A stretch of 64,000 nt of DNA from contig NC_042998.1 of the NCBI RefSeq assembly GCF_006345805.1, positions 72,726,001 through 72,790,000 of the forward strand, in the 5' to 3' direction. Source of the stretch: Octopus sinensis (Eukaryota). The notes beneath the pieces were generated by a model that saw only the letters and a program-made list of their open reading frames with translations, was not told the DNA's origin and searched no databases. The position numbers and the translations under genes were made by a program. Of this stretch, positions 1 through 11,679 are shown piece by piece; position 1 is the stretch's first letter, and each line of letters starts with the position of its first letter.

Positions 1-2096
1 TCGCTTCTGGCCCCTCTAAACTTCTCTCCACTCTTTATACCTAGAGCGTATACACGGTGATCCCATACCACGAATGGCTTCTTGCTCTCAAATACTACCT
101 TGAATTTCGACCTAACTCCCAACCTGACACATCCACATATCTTCATCTAGCTGAACTTGTTCTCTCCCTTAACTGCTTCTTGTTTACGGGTGATTTTTTA
201 CCAACATGTTCTCGGGAGAGGCCAAGGGAACGAGAATGGGACCCAACTATGTTCGTTGGCCACATTCAAGCCCAAATATTCTCAAGAGTCACTGGTCCTA
301 CTCCCGAACTATACGGTCGTTTTACTGACGACTGTATCGGTGCGATCTCGCTCTACCACGAATAACAATACTTCTTCGTATCTTTTCTCAAATCTTTCCA
401 TCGTGCCCTCGAATTCTCCTGTACTATTTTCAACACTTTCGTCGCCTTTCTCGACATTTCGGTCAGCATTCATCACTCCATTCTCACCGCCTCCATCTAC
501 TACAAACACAATCACTCACACTCAGACCTCAACTTCTCCTACTCCCACACTAAACACACCAAGCTCTCCATCCCCTAATACCAATTCCTCCGTGTTCGCA
601 AGCTCTGCAGTGACAACCATGACTTTGAGACTCAGTCCCAACTCATGGCTCCCCACTTCAACATTCATCCCCTCAACACTATCCACACCGCCCTTGCCAG
701 AGAACGTTCCGTAGACCATGCATATGTTCTCTCTCCGCGGCACGCCCCGCCGTCCCCTGTGTCCCATCTCCCATCACCTACCACCCCTCCACCAAAGCTC
801 TCCAACGCACTACTCTCCAAGCTTTTCGGCGACTCCAGTCCGACCCCTCTACTTCGAAAATCTTCCCTAACCTACCCATACCCCTTCAAATGAGCCCACA
901 ACCTACGTGACCTCCTGGTCCACAATTTCTTCACTAACCTCATCTCTAACCCCGGCTCGTGCCGCTGCTCCTTCTCATGCTGCCGCACTTGCCCCTACCT
1001 CTCCAGCACCACCATTCTCACAGGCACCCATCATCAACACTATCATATCACTGACTCCTTCACCTGCACTTCTAGCAACGTCATTTACTGCATCTCCTGC
1101 TCTCACTGTCCTCTGCACATCGGTTAAACGGGACGCCGCTTTGCTGATCGGTTCGTGGAACATCTCCGTTACATCAGACTCAGCAACAACACCCAGGTCT
1201 CGCGCCACTTCCGATCATTCTTTACAACACCTGTCTCTGTTCGGTTTGTCCTTGCACAGGGGCCATCAGGAATTAATCTCTCCTGTTCGCTCCTTCGCTC
1301 CACATGTTCTCGACTTCCTCCCTTCCTCTCTCCACTCCCCTCTCACAACTATTTCCTTTCTTCACTCCTACCCACCTTTCCTCTCCTCTCCTCCCTTACT
1401 TCTCTTCACTCCTACTCTCCCTCTCCCTTCATCGTCGCCCCTTCTATCGTTACCCCACTCCCACACATCCCAACCCAACCATTCGTATACATCCCATACC
1501 AAATCCACCCCTACACATTCCACTCCCATATATCCTACACCTACACCAACACCCCACCCTGAATCGCTCTGGCATCCCTTACACCGAACACTAGCACACT
1601 ACACACCGCTACACCACACCAACACCACCAAACACCACACACCACCACAACAGATCACAACATATCACATATCACCACACCACACCACGCCACCACACTT
1701 CACTACCCCGCATAAACTAGCACTGACCACACCATCATCCACACACCTATGCATGCGCACACCCTCGCGTGAAGGTCACCAGCCATATCCACACGCACAC
1801 ACACGCTCTCACATACATACGCACACGCACCTTCGTTTTGGGATCACCACTATTTTATTATCTCCTCTTCTTCCAAGCTCTCCTGACTCACCACCTCCGT
1901 CCGGCCATCACCAAAATTGAAAGCTGGCCACTAAAGTTTTTCTTTTATTTTCTTTCTGTTTATTTTCTCGCTTTCCTTTCGGTTGATGAGCGTAGGCTCG
2001 AAGCGGAATAGACTTTCTCACCTTCCTGAGCATTAAACTAATACACCTATTTGTTGTTACAACGTGTGTTCGTCTTTTGTATTTTTTTAAATCCCA
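1..2096 (+). mobile_element. Penelope-like retroelement remnant (decayed RT + GIY-YIG + pLTR-type 3' region), cut by the window start
   Basis: Frameshifted PLE RT motifs (YTVIPYHEWLLALKYYL; ELYGRFTDDCIGA at ~310-342 = YxDD box). GIY-YIG remnant at ~1080-1180 (VIYCISCSHCPLHIG*TGRRFADRFVEHLR). A C/A-rich 3' region ends at (TA)n at ~2097. Confidence 0.9.
1972..2020 (+). ncRNA. Degenerate hammerhead-like motif in the PLE 3' tail
   Basis: CGGTTGAT-GAGC-GTAG-GCTC-GAAGC: stem II intact, core and GAAA mutated. The same motif recurs at 18028-18066(-) and 29298-29340(+). Confidence 0.4.
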
Positions 2097-2108
2097 ATAT
2101 ATATATAT

Positions 2109-2177
<69 letters not shown>
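2097..2177. repeat. (TA)n microsatellite (representative; other large tracts at ~15196-15311, 18165-18320, 24030-24158, 25858-25907, 27777-27822, 33039-33160, 36818-36896, 37777-37904)
   Basis: Read directly from the sequence. Confidence 0.95.
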
Positions 2178-2181
<4 letters not shown>

Positions 2182-2527
2182 TATGTACGTATGTATGTAT
2201 ATACATACATGCTTGTGTTTTTTATGTCCTTAACTTCTTTTATTCGTGTTTCAATTCACATTAATTCAGTTTCTGGAAAGAAAATTACTATATTTATGAA
2301 TAACCTTGATCTATCATTGCATAGATTATATATACCCATTGTAAAAAATTTGGTGAATATCTCATCACTACTTCGAATTGACCAGCTTTGGCGAAAGCAA
2401 TATATTACTTTGATAGTTATCGAAGAACTTTCAAAGAGGCAATGTTTTAGAAATAGATCTTCGTTGTATACTATATTATTGTCTTTAGATATCTTACCTC
2501 AGCTTACACTACTTTAATTTAGAACAA

Positions 2528-2792
2528 CAGTAATCTCTCGCCATGTCGTGGTTCACCTATCGCGGTTCACCTGTCGCGGTTCACCTGTCGCGGTTCACCT
2601 ATCGCAGTCTATTATTTAAGTGTACGCCGATTCCTCCGTGATGTTTTGAATTTATAATAAGATAAATATATACAGATTATGAAAATAAAAAAAAAAAACA
2701 AATATACAGTACTGCACTGTTTCTACTTCGCGGATTTTCACCTATCGCGGGAGGTTTGGAGCGTAACACCCGCGATAGTCGAGAGATTACTG
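2528..2792. mobile_element. Tc1/mariner-superfamily (Tigger/pogo-type) MITE
   Basis: Terminal inverted repeats CAGTAATCTCTCG...CGAGAGATTACTG followed by TA. No ORF. Four tandem 14-bp units CGCGGTTCACCT(A/G)T at 2547-2602. Confidence 0.75.
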
Positions 2793-4680
2793 TACTTTGA
2801 ATTCTATACTCAGAACCTCAAAAGTTTGAAATTTGAAAACATTTAGGGACAATGCAAAAGGCAGTTTGTATTTCATTATTTAATTCCCCTGTAATTGGTA
2901 GTAAAGTAGCTATAATTAAGTTGGCCAAATGTGAAATATCTCATTGAAATAAACCTACCAGTCTTTGAATATTTATTTCCTGCTGTTGTATTCGATTTGT
3001 CCAACTTCATGGTTTAATGCATATCATCAAATTTCTGCATCTAATTCATAATAGCGTTTAAATGAAATATGTCTCAATTAACTTTAAATTGAAAAGGGTA
3101 TCCTAACTCCGTATTACTCGCGCAGAGTTATGTGGTTTACATTTTCTAGATTACCTTTTCAGGACTTTCGATTGAATGCTGCTCATATTTCTTTTGTTTC
3201 TTTTACATAAATATAAAGAATTCTTTTAATACTTAATCACCACTTTAATTGAATGCATTGCCGTTTCAATATGGCGAGTCTACAAAAACAAGCGAGAAAT
3301 TTTAAAAAAACCTACTTATTTATTAATTGAAAATATATTTCTTTATTAATTTTCTTTCGGTAATATATATTCTAAATAAGTATGTCCTCTCCTATAATAT
3401 ATTATGTTATAAATAAATAAAGAAAATGACTTTTAGACAGAATTAACACAAAAGCGCGCGTTGCTTTCCGAGTTAATAGGTCAATGATAGGATATTAGGT
3501 CAACAAAAGCCAAACATAAGTCTTCCGTGTTTACTCTTGTCTGCGGCAATAAATAATGAAATATATATTTTTCTATTATGTTCGATATTTCAATTAGAAA
3601 AGTGAAAATAAAAGCAGCAATATTTTTACATCAAACAAATTCGATTTCTTGAAAGAATTATTTGAACAATGTCTGTCAAAGTATCACAGTCAAATAACTC
3701 ACTTTTATTTACCTCGTTCAGTGGTTTTGTAAAATGTTCGAAGTAGAGTTGTTTTAAGAGTAGATCAAAGCACGACAAACGTTAACTATTCTCTGCATCT
3801 GTAAAGCTTGGAAACTACTTACTCTAACTATAATACACAACATATTATCAATTTTCTTATAAATGTCGACCAATATAAATATATACTTCATATTAGCAAT
3901 ACTTCAGACGAATAATTTATAACGTTCGGGAATTGATGAAAGAGAATACTACTCCATAGTTTATACAGATAGTGATATGTACAAATATATATATATATAT
4001 ATACTTACATATATGTGTTTGTGTGTGTGTGTACAAACACATACAAAAACATATACACCCATAAATACAAATGTATATACATATTTATGCTCAAAATAAT
4101 TTGGGAGTTTTAATTGAAATTTCCCTCTGACGATTTATACATTTTGTTGTCAATTGATTAGGAATATCTCAATCATAATTGTCACTGAAATTTCACTTAA
4201 ATTGTGCAAGAAATTACAATATTATATCGACGAATGAAACTTAAAATTGAAATCAAAAGAACTTCATTAACAGTTATTAGCAATCCTGTGGTTCACCCCT
4301 AATCCATTCATAAATTATATTACGTTAGAAGATACACAAGCGTCAATAATAATATTCAATAATAGAAATACACATTTGTTATAGAGATTTGCGTTTATTT
4401 ATATCACAAAGTTTAAGACCAGTCCGTTTGAAACGGCACATGTATTGTAAATACATATATCCACTTATAAGTATCGATGTAACTGCATATAACAACAACA
4501 GAGAAATGTGATATCCTCTATGTCAGTGGTTCTCTACATGAGGAGTAGACAAGCACGATGTATGAATGTTTGTATATACTCGTACGTATGTGCATAAGTA
4601 TGTACGTATGCATCTTTATATATATATATAAGTATCTATGTATGTAAGTATATATGTATACGTATGCATGTATGTAGGTC

Positions 4681-5533
4681 GTTATTCAGTATATTTCAAG
4701 ATTTCTTGTCAATAGTGAAAAAAACGGTTTCTAACCTACATCAAAGGTTCCTTCATTGGAATTTCAATATCGATAACACGGTATTGTTGTTTGTATGTAT
4801 GTATGACATTAATCAGTTTATTTCAAGATTTCTTGCCAATAGAGAAAGAACCGGTTTCTAACCTAGATTGAAGGTTTTAACATCAGCAACAGGGTATTTT
4901 TCTCTGTTTATATTTCTGTCTGTATGTATGTGTAGATTTGCATGTTTTTTATGTATTCTCATGCATAGAGTTACATATCTAGACATGCTCATATATATTT
5001 AAATGATAAACTTCTGGGAAGTTTTACAGATTTATACAGTTCCCGTGAGGGATTGGATCGATAGCCTTCGAATTATCTTTCTTCTTTCTGGTTTTGAGAA
5101 GTCTACTTTCTCACGATTGATATTTACGCAGTGTATTACGTATCCCAGGACCGCACTAATTACTAGTATAGACCTGAACTTGTGGATGTCTCAATAGTTC
5201 AGCATAGGTGCTCTTTTTTTCACTGATCTTCAGCTTCATGTTAACATCCGCTGTGCTGCTAATTTCCACAACTGTGCACAGTTTCTCTCCTCTATCCCAA
5301 ATCATTATATCAGGTCTATTGTTCTTACATTTTGTTGAGATCTTCACTGGTACCAGTATTCCTTTTCATTATGAGTGGCTACCATATTGTGAGTTTTTAT
5401 TTCTTTGTCCTCGGGATTATCCTTCTAACGTATTTCATTATAGACTGTCCTAGCTACAACGTCATTTCTCATCGCTAGATAATACGGTGATGACATTTTC
5501 GGACAACTGCTTATGATGTGGGTGATATGTCTG
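4681..5533 (-). mobile_element. R4/Dong-like non-LTR retrotransposon 3' fragment (zinc-knuckle remnant + restriction-like endonuclease + 3' UTR)
   Basis: Minus-strand peptides RHITHIISSCPKMSSPYYLAMRNDVVARTVY and KCKNNRPDIMIWDRGEKLCTVVEIS (PD-(D/E)xK REL motif; ORF 5156..5347). The 3' end is duplicated (4681-4790 and 4808-4870). Flanked by (GTAT)n. Confidence 0.8.
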
Positions 5534-5630
5534 CATACATTCATGTATGTATGTATGTATATATGTATGTATGTATATATGTATGTATGTATGTTTGTAT
5601 GTAAGCATGCATGCATATATATATGACCAC

Positions 5631-5664
<34 letters not shown>

Positions 5665-5775
5665 TTTAACCATTTGCATTTTCAGTCGTCAGACAGCAAT
5701 CACACTTAGTCAGTATCATGAAGACACGCCTACACTATATATATATGTGTGTATGCGTGTGTGTCTATGTTTATA

Positions 5776-5821
<46 letters not shown>

Positions 5822-5871
5822 ATATATACATATATATAATATATATAAGTGTGTGTATATATTTATATATA

Positions 5872-6676
5872 TACTAGCATTATGACCCGTCGTTGCCGGG
5901 TCATAGTGCTAGTGCATGTATATATGTGTATGTATATGTGTACATATTACATGTATATCTATATATACATCTATATATAAAATACAAATTACAAAGTTCA
6001 AATCTGCTTTTTTCTCTACATTGTATACTTTATAGACAATAGTCTTTTGTTTAATTTAATTTTTTATTATCTATCTGGACTATTCCATTTCTGCACGCTA
6101 ATTTTATTTTTGGTTTATTCCCATTCATGTGAAACCACTTATTCAATTTCAAGTCATTGATGCAATTTTATACCAATTGCTATTTTTACTTTTGTTATGT
6201 TACAATTATATTATAATTTAGTTTGATTTTAATTATTACTTACTACATATAATTCAATTGTTATTATTATTTTTATTGTTAAAATGAAAGTATCTGACAT
6301 AAAATAGAGAAATGTTTTTGTTTCACTTTTAACACGTAATACTGAAATAGTGCAGAAGATATGATATTGCTATGGGCTCACTCTAGGCATTTGCCCATGA
6401 AACTACATGGACCCTAAGTAAGGCATGTGTAAAATTTGAATGAAATTGGTTGTATAGTTCTCAAGTTTTAGGGAATCGTAGTAGAGAAGATATGATATTG
6501 CTGTGGGCTCGCTCTAGGCAAAAAATTAAAAAGAATTTTGCCGATGGCACTCCCCGGACCCTAAGTAAGGCATATGTAAAATTTGAATGACATTGGTTAT
6601 GTAGTTCTCAAGTTTTAGAGAAACACACATACAGACAGACAGACAGACACATTCTCAGTTTTATATATATATAGAT
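5872..6676 (+). mobile_element. Helentron/Helitron-type non-autonomous element (HINE/DINE-1-like)
   Basis: 5' hairpin ACTAGCATTATGACCCG-tcgttgc-CGGGTCATAGTGCTAGT (5873-5913). Two internal ~125-bp direct repeats (~6355-6475 and ~6486-6625). 3' end (ACAG)n-ACATTCTCAGTTTTATATATATATAGAT, a layout typical of this class. Confidence 0.65.
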
Positions 6677-6739
6677 ATACATGTATGTATGTATACATTT
6701 GCGTAGCAGCAAGATTCAACTCGTAGACATACTTCCGGA

Positions 6740-7015
6740 ATGAGTCATAACTTGTTGTCGAATAATTTCTCCCGCTACACCATCCTAAATTTCTGTCGTC
6801 CTAATTTCCCCGATTGTAAACCCTTCGATTGCCATGTGTAGAGTACGGTTGCGGATGATACTAACCCCTATATACAACACTAAAGCCGAGTTGGTGGCCA
6901 AGATCAAGAAACTGCTCGAATATTATCATTGGCATACAATCTGGAGAGCATGTGCCCACTTGTAGAGGTATGTTTACACAGCGGTGGGAGTTGACAGTGG
7001 CTACTGACTAAAACA
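6740..7015 (+). mobile_element. Tc1/mariner transposase C-terminal remnant
   Basis: Frameshifted translation resembles PNFPDCKPFDCHV...NTKAELVAKIKKL...RACA, matching the WPPNSPDxNPxDY...RACxxF...GG C-terminus of IS630-Tc1-mariner transposases. Confidence 0.6.
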
Positions 7016-7289
7016 TTATCGCCAAGACACAATCTACTTTATGCTATTGGATTTTTTATTCTTTACTATTTATCATGCTATCAGATTTTACCCAATCCCA
7101 AGATTCGTATGCATGCATGTCTGTCAGTCAGTCTGTCTGTATGTATGTATTTATGCATGTTTAATGGATAGATGGGTGGATATATCTTTTCATACCATCT
7201 TTAATTTCGAGTAGAACTGCAACCTATTTATTACATTTTGTTAGCAAGGTTGATAAGGAAATCATCTTGTTTTGTTTATCATCCTTTAA

Positions 7290-7900
7290 ATATTAAGAAG
7301 GTCTTACAGATTTGTAATGACTCCTATATCATTTGTTGTGTATGAATTAACGATTTGCGTCCTCTCCCCAAGAACCCAAGTCCAGTCAATGTTTGCTCCA
7401 GGCGTATTGATACTTAAACTTGTGGTAACATTAATAGTGAGTATGAAACTGAAAGTGTATCATTGGTACTGGATTTGCAAGATACTAATTAATGGTCGAG
7501 TGATATCCTCTTTCTTTTGTATTTTTCAAAACATATTATTGTCCGGAGGGCAACTGGTTTCCATAAGTCAACATATCGTTTACTTGCCGCTCCAAACAAT
7601 ATGTAGCTATTTGCGTCTTAACTCGGTGGCTTATTTAATTCTTGATTTCAAGGAAAATTCTTTTCATCATGGATCTCAATATAGTCAGCTTCGTCTGTAT
7701 GACTTCTCGTTTTTGTTATCTTGTTACAGACGTTTCTGATTACTGCATTATGCCTCATGGGAAGATAATATCTGGAAGACATTCTCACACAGTTGGTAGT
7801 AATGCAGTTGAAGACATCAGTCTTTGTCTTGTACAGCCTATATTTGTTGCCTGTCAGCGTTGTGGAATGGATTGATCATGACAAAATCTTGGCATGAAGT
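7290..7900 (-). mobile_element. Older, heavily decayed R4/Dong-like REL retrotransposon fragment
   Basis: Minus frame CITTNCVRMSSRYYLPMRHNAVIRNVCNKI aligns by eye with the 5425-5533 copy (SSCPKMSSPYYLAMRNDVV). Many stops. Confidence 0.55.
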
Positions 7901-9440
7901 ACCGACACATTTATGCAGCCCACTTTAAATTTGAAAATTGCATCCATACAATTCAAAAACTGGAGAACCTCACCAAGTATCTACAGCATAAACGGCAGAA
8001 ACATGGCCATGATCTCACGCACTATTTCTTTTCGGTGAAATAGTCCAGTTGTTTATTTTGTAATTCTGATATACAGATATAACCAATGCTCCTTCAAGAC
8101 AGTTCTGTATCAGCTCTTATTTCATAACTCCCTTCAAGTTTATTAGCTATCCTAATTACGCCATTGATTTCGTGGTCGCAAGTTAACTAACTCGGGCAAA
8201 TTAGTTACTGGTTTCTTTCTTCTATTGCAGATGTTGTATCACTATGATGTATTTCTTTGTATACATGTACGCACGTATGTATACAGTTTGACAATGCGAT
8301 ATAGTCTAATATGTTTGCCTAATTTTCGAAATGATCTCAATAATTTTTACTATCATGAGTTTAGGATAAACCATCAATCAAATGATAGTCTTATCCTCTG
8401 CATCATTGGTTGTCTGGAGCTCAAATACAAGAATTATATCTAAACACTATATTTTTCCATATGGTCGTAAGTAATACTGGCTTGTATATATCCCTAGTCA
8501 TAATTCTTAATCTCGTGTTACTTGAGACATAAAATATATAAATGATACTGTGTTTCCAAATATTTCGTTTACATAAGTTCCTTCTAATGTTATTTCTAAA
8601 ATACCATTTCTTTGATACTATTCATTTCTTCATCATTGCTCCTGTAGAAATGGATTTAGTTTGGTGAGCAGTAATACATTTTGGCCGTGTATTTGGAGCC
8701 GAATTCACAATATCATGTCGGCTAAATTTTCTGAAAGTAAATATTATGTTTTCTAATAAAATCATTCGATCTTAATTGTCTCAGAATAAGGCAGCATCGC
8801 AATATTTCCTGCAGTTTTTAGAGACTTCAGTTGTAAGCTCTGCACTTAATAATCTTTTCCAGAAGATTTTAGATTTAGATAATTCTAATCTTCTCTTGAA
8901 AGATTATTTGAATTTCTCTGTGTTTCCTCTATTTAACTTTACTTGATATTTCCTTATTATTCATTGGCTGTCACATCTGTACAATCCGCTTAGATGGGAA
9001 CTTCATTTCCCAGAAACAGTTGCAATAAATATCTCCGGAGCCATGCTATCTTCTCAATTTACGTGATCTTATTATATGGAAAGAAGTCGTAAATGTAAGA
9101 TTAAGACTGCCGTTCATGGAAACTAAGCAGTAATTGTTATCTACAATGTCAAAATAAGTTAGAATACACGATACATTTGTTCAAATAATTTAAGAAGTAA
9201 TCGAGAAAGATAACCTCTCCCGATGATAAATAAACATTGATGAAGAAAATTCTTTTTTCCATATCATTTTAGCAACGGTTCCAAACAGAATCAATGAGCT
9301 ATGTGTGTGTATGTGTTTGTGTATGTATGTATGTATGTATGTATGTATGTATGTATGTATGTATGTATGTATGTATGTATGCATGCATGTATGTATGTAT
9401 GTACGTATGTAAGTAAGTATGTATGTATGTATACATACAT

Positions 9441-9532
9441 ACTGCGTAGAACATTGGGTGACTTCGACTATAGCCTCGGCCCGACCCAAGCCTTGTGAGT
9501 GGATTTGGTTGACGAAACTTTAAGCCCGTCGT
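9441..9532 (+). mobile_element. Truncated tRNA-derived SINE (internal part)
   Basis: CTATAGCCTCGGCCCGACCCAAGCCTTGTGAGTGGATTTGGTTGACG matches the reverse complement of ~62770-62870. Confidence 0.75.
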
Positions 9533-9642
9533 ATATATATATATATATATATGTATAAGGGTGTGAAAAGGAACACACGAGTTCATATATATGAAAAAAC
9601 AAGTAAAAAATAGAAAATGCTAAAATAATTTTATAGTGAACA

Positions 9643-9686
9643 TTTCAGTACCGGTTTCGGTCATTTTGAGACCTTTTCAACTGTAA
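9643..9686 (-). ncRNA. Type I minimal hammerhead ribozyme, U3-A8 variant (left arm)
   Basis: Reverse complement of 11435-11478. Confidence 0.7.
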
Positions 9687-11434
9687 CGATTAAATAATTA
9701 AATTTAGAAAAATTAGAAGAAAAGTTTTCTTAAAAGAATATTTCTATAGTAGTGTTCAGATTTAAGTGGCATTCTGCCTTTCTCTGACTCCCTTGTTGCA
9801 CTTGTGTGTTCGAGGGTAGTGTGAGTTCTTGGTAGGGTAGTAGAGGGAAGGCTGGTGAGGAAAGGGGGGGTGGGAGAATCTGGGAGTGCCCTGATGGTCG
9901 TATTTTGAATGGTCAGTGGCGCCTGGCAGTCTCAGTTCAATTCAGGAGAATATTTATATTGACAGGCTCGTTTATAGAATTAGCGTAGGTGTTATACTAA
10001 AAAACATTAGTGACAAACTTAAGGGGTAGGGGGTGGAGAAGAAGAAGAAGAAGAAGAAGGAGAAGGAGAAGGAGAAGATGATGGTGATGGTGGTGATGAC
10101 TATGACGACGACGATGATGATAACGATGATGACGAAGAAGAAGAAGGAGGAGAAGGAGAAGATGGTGGTGATGATGGTGGCGATGATGATGACGCCGATG
10201 ATGATGATAACGATGATGATGAAGAAGAAGAAGAAGAAAAAAACAGAGAAGGGAGAATATGAATGGGTGTAAATATAGCTATGAAGGGGCTGATTAGTAA
10301 TGGATTCTATGGAGTGTAGTATTTGTGTGTGTATATATATATTTTTCTTTTATTCTAAAGTTGAGGTATATTAATTGTTTGTCGTAGACCCGTTAAGAAG
10401 TGGCTTGTATTTTGTAATAAAGAGATTTTCTTTACTTATTCTTTGTCTCGAGGTTGTATCGTCCCTAAATTGGTAGAGGGGGAAAATTCTGAAGTTTGGT
10501 GTTTTTTTGTTGGCGCAAGTATCTATGTGTTGGCTAAAAGCTATTTTTCTGTTTTGGGGAATTTTTATCTGGGATCTGTGCAGGGCCATTCGTTTACGCA
10601 AACCATTTTTTGTTTGGCCTATGTACTGCTCTTGACACCCGGAGCAGGTTAGTGAGTATAGTGAGTATAGTGTGTATAGTTAGTGAGTAAAGAAAATCTC
10701 TTTATTACAAAATACAAGCCACTTCTTAACGGGTCTACGACAAACAATTAATATACCTCAAATTTAGAATATAAAGAAAAATAATATATACACACACAAA
10801 TACTACACTCCATAGAATCCATTACTAATCAGCCCCTTCATAGCTATATTTACACCCATCATATTCTCCCTTCTCTGTTTTTTCTTCTTCTTCTTCTTCA
10901 TCATCATCGTTATCATCATCATCGGCGTCATCATCATCGCCACCATCATCACCACCATCTTCTCCTTCTCCTCCTTCTTCTTCGTCATCATCGTTATCAT
11001 CATCGTCGTCGTCATAGTCATCACCACCATCACCATCATCTTCTCCTTCTCCTTCTTCTTCTTCTTCTTCTTCTTCTTCTTCTTCTCCACCCCTACCCCT
11101 TAAGTTTGTCACTAATGTGTTTTTTAGTATAACACCTACGCTAATTCTATAAACAAGCCTGTCAATATAAATATTCTCCTGAATTGAACTGAGACTGCCA
11201 GCCGCCACTGACCATTCAAAATACGACCATCAGGGCACTCCCAGATTCTCCCACCCCCCTTTCCTCATCAGCCTTCCTTTACTACCCTACCAAGAACTCA
11301 CAACTACCCGAACACACAGTGCAAACAAGGGAGTCAGAGAAAGGCAGAATGCCACTTAAATCTGAACACTACTATAGAAATATTCTTTTAAGAAAACTTT
11401 TCTTCTAATTTTTCTAAATTTAATTATTTAATCG

Positions 11435-11478
11435 TTACAGTTGAAAAGGTCTCAAAATGACCGAAACCGGTACTGAAA
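11435..11478 (+). ncRNA. Type I minimal hammerhead ribozyme, U3-A8 variant (right arm)
   Basis: TTACAG-TTGAAAA-GGTC tcaaaat GACC-GAAAC-CG-GTA-CTGAAA. Stem I CAG/CTG, stem II GGTC/GACC, palindromic stem III (ACCGGT), GUA cleavage triplet. Confidence 0.7.
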
Positions 11479-11576
11479 TGTTCACTATAAAATTATTTTA
11501 GCATTTTCTATTTTTTACTTGTTTTTTCATATATATATATATATATACTTTATTTTAAGCAGCAGAAAATTCAACA

Positions 11577-11623
11577 AAATCTGTTACTCTGAGTTTCTCG
11601 TTGCCGTTCATCAGACAGTTTTT
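11577..11623 (-). ncRNA. Type I minimal hammerhead ribozyme (left arm of the 11548-11707 palindrome)
   Basis: Minus strand AAAAACTGT-CTGATGA-ACG GCAA CGA-GAAAC-TCAGA-GTA-ACAGATTTT. Stem I CTGT/ACAG intact. Confidence 0.7.
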
Positions 11624-11631
11624 GCTAGCAA

Positions 11632-11679
11632 AAAAACTGTCTGATGAACGGCAACGAGAAACTCAGAGTAACATATTTT
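11632..11679 (+). ncRNA. Type I minimal hammerhead ribozyme (right arm)
   Basis: CTGATGA at 11641-11647, GCAA-capped short stem II, GAAAC at 11658-11662, GTA at 11668-11670. One stem I substitution relative to the left copy. Confidence 0.65.

Larger units (their letters stand above)
9591..11530 (-). mobile_element. 5'-truncated Penelope-like element with inverted pLTR (fold-back; arms ~846 bp)
   Basis: Arm 9591-10436 is the near-exact reverse complement of 10686-11530. The minus strand from 10649 to 10371 is an open GIY-YIG C-terminus (TCSGCQEQYIGQTKNGLRKRMALHRSQIK...ENLFITKYKPLLN). Both outer ends meet (TA)n. Confidence 0.92.

Noticed and set aside
907-1920. 337-aa S/T/P/H-rich ORF resembling a mucin
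   Set aside because: It is an off-frame reading of the PLE GIY-YIG and C/A-rich pLTR region. Only the HSLQHLSLFGLSLHR stretch is true PLE frame.
2547-2605. CRISPR-like array
   Set aside because: Units are contiguous 14-mers with no spacers, inside a eukaryotic MITE, and no cas genes are present.
4730-4890. Hammerhead in the R4-like 3' UTR (AACCT...AGGTT-AGAAACCGG, minus strand)
   Set aside because: The stem-loop and GAAAC are present, but neither copy has a CUGANGA core in register or a stem I.
10033-11208. Poly-K/M and poly-E/D ORFs (10033..10272, 10803..11090, 10825..11208)
   Set aside because: Translations of the triplet tract inside the two pLTR arms.
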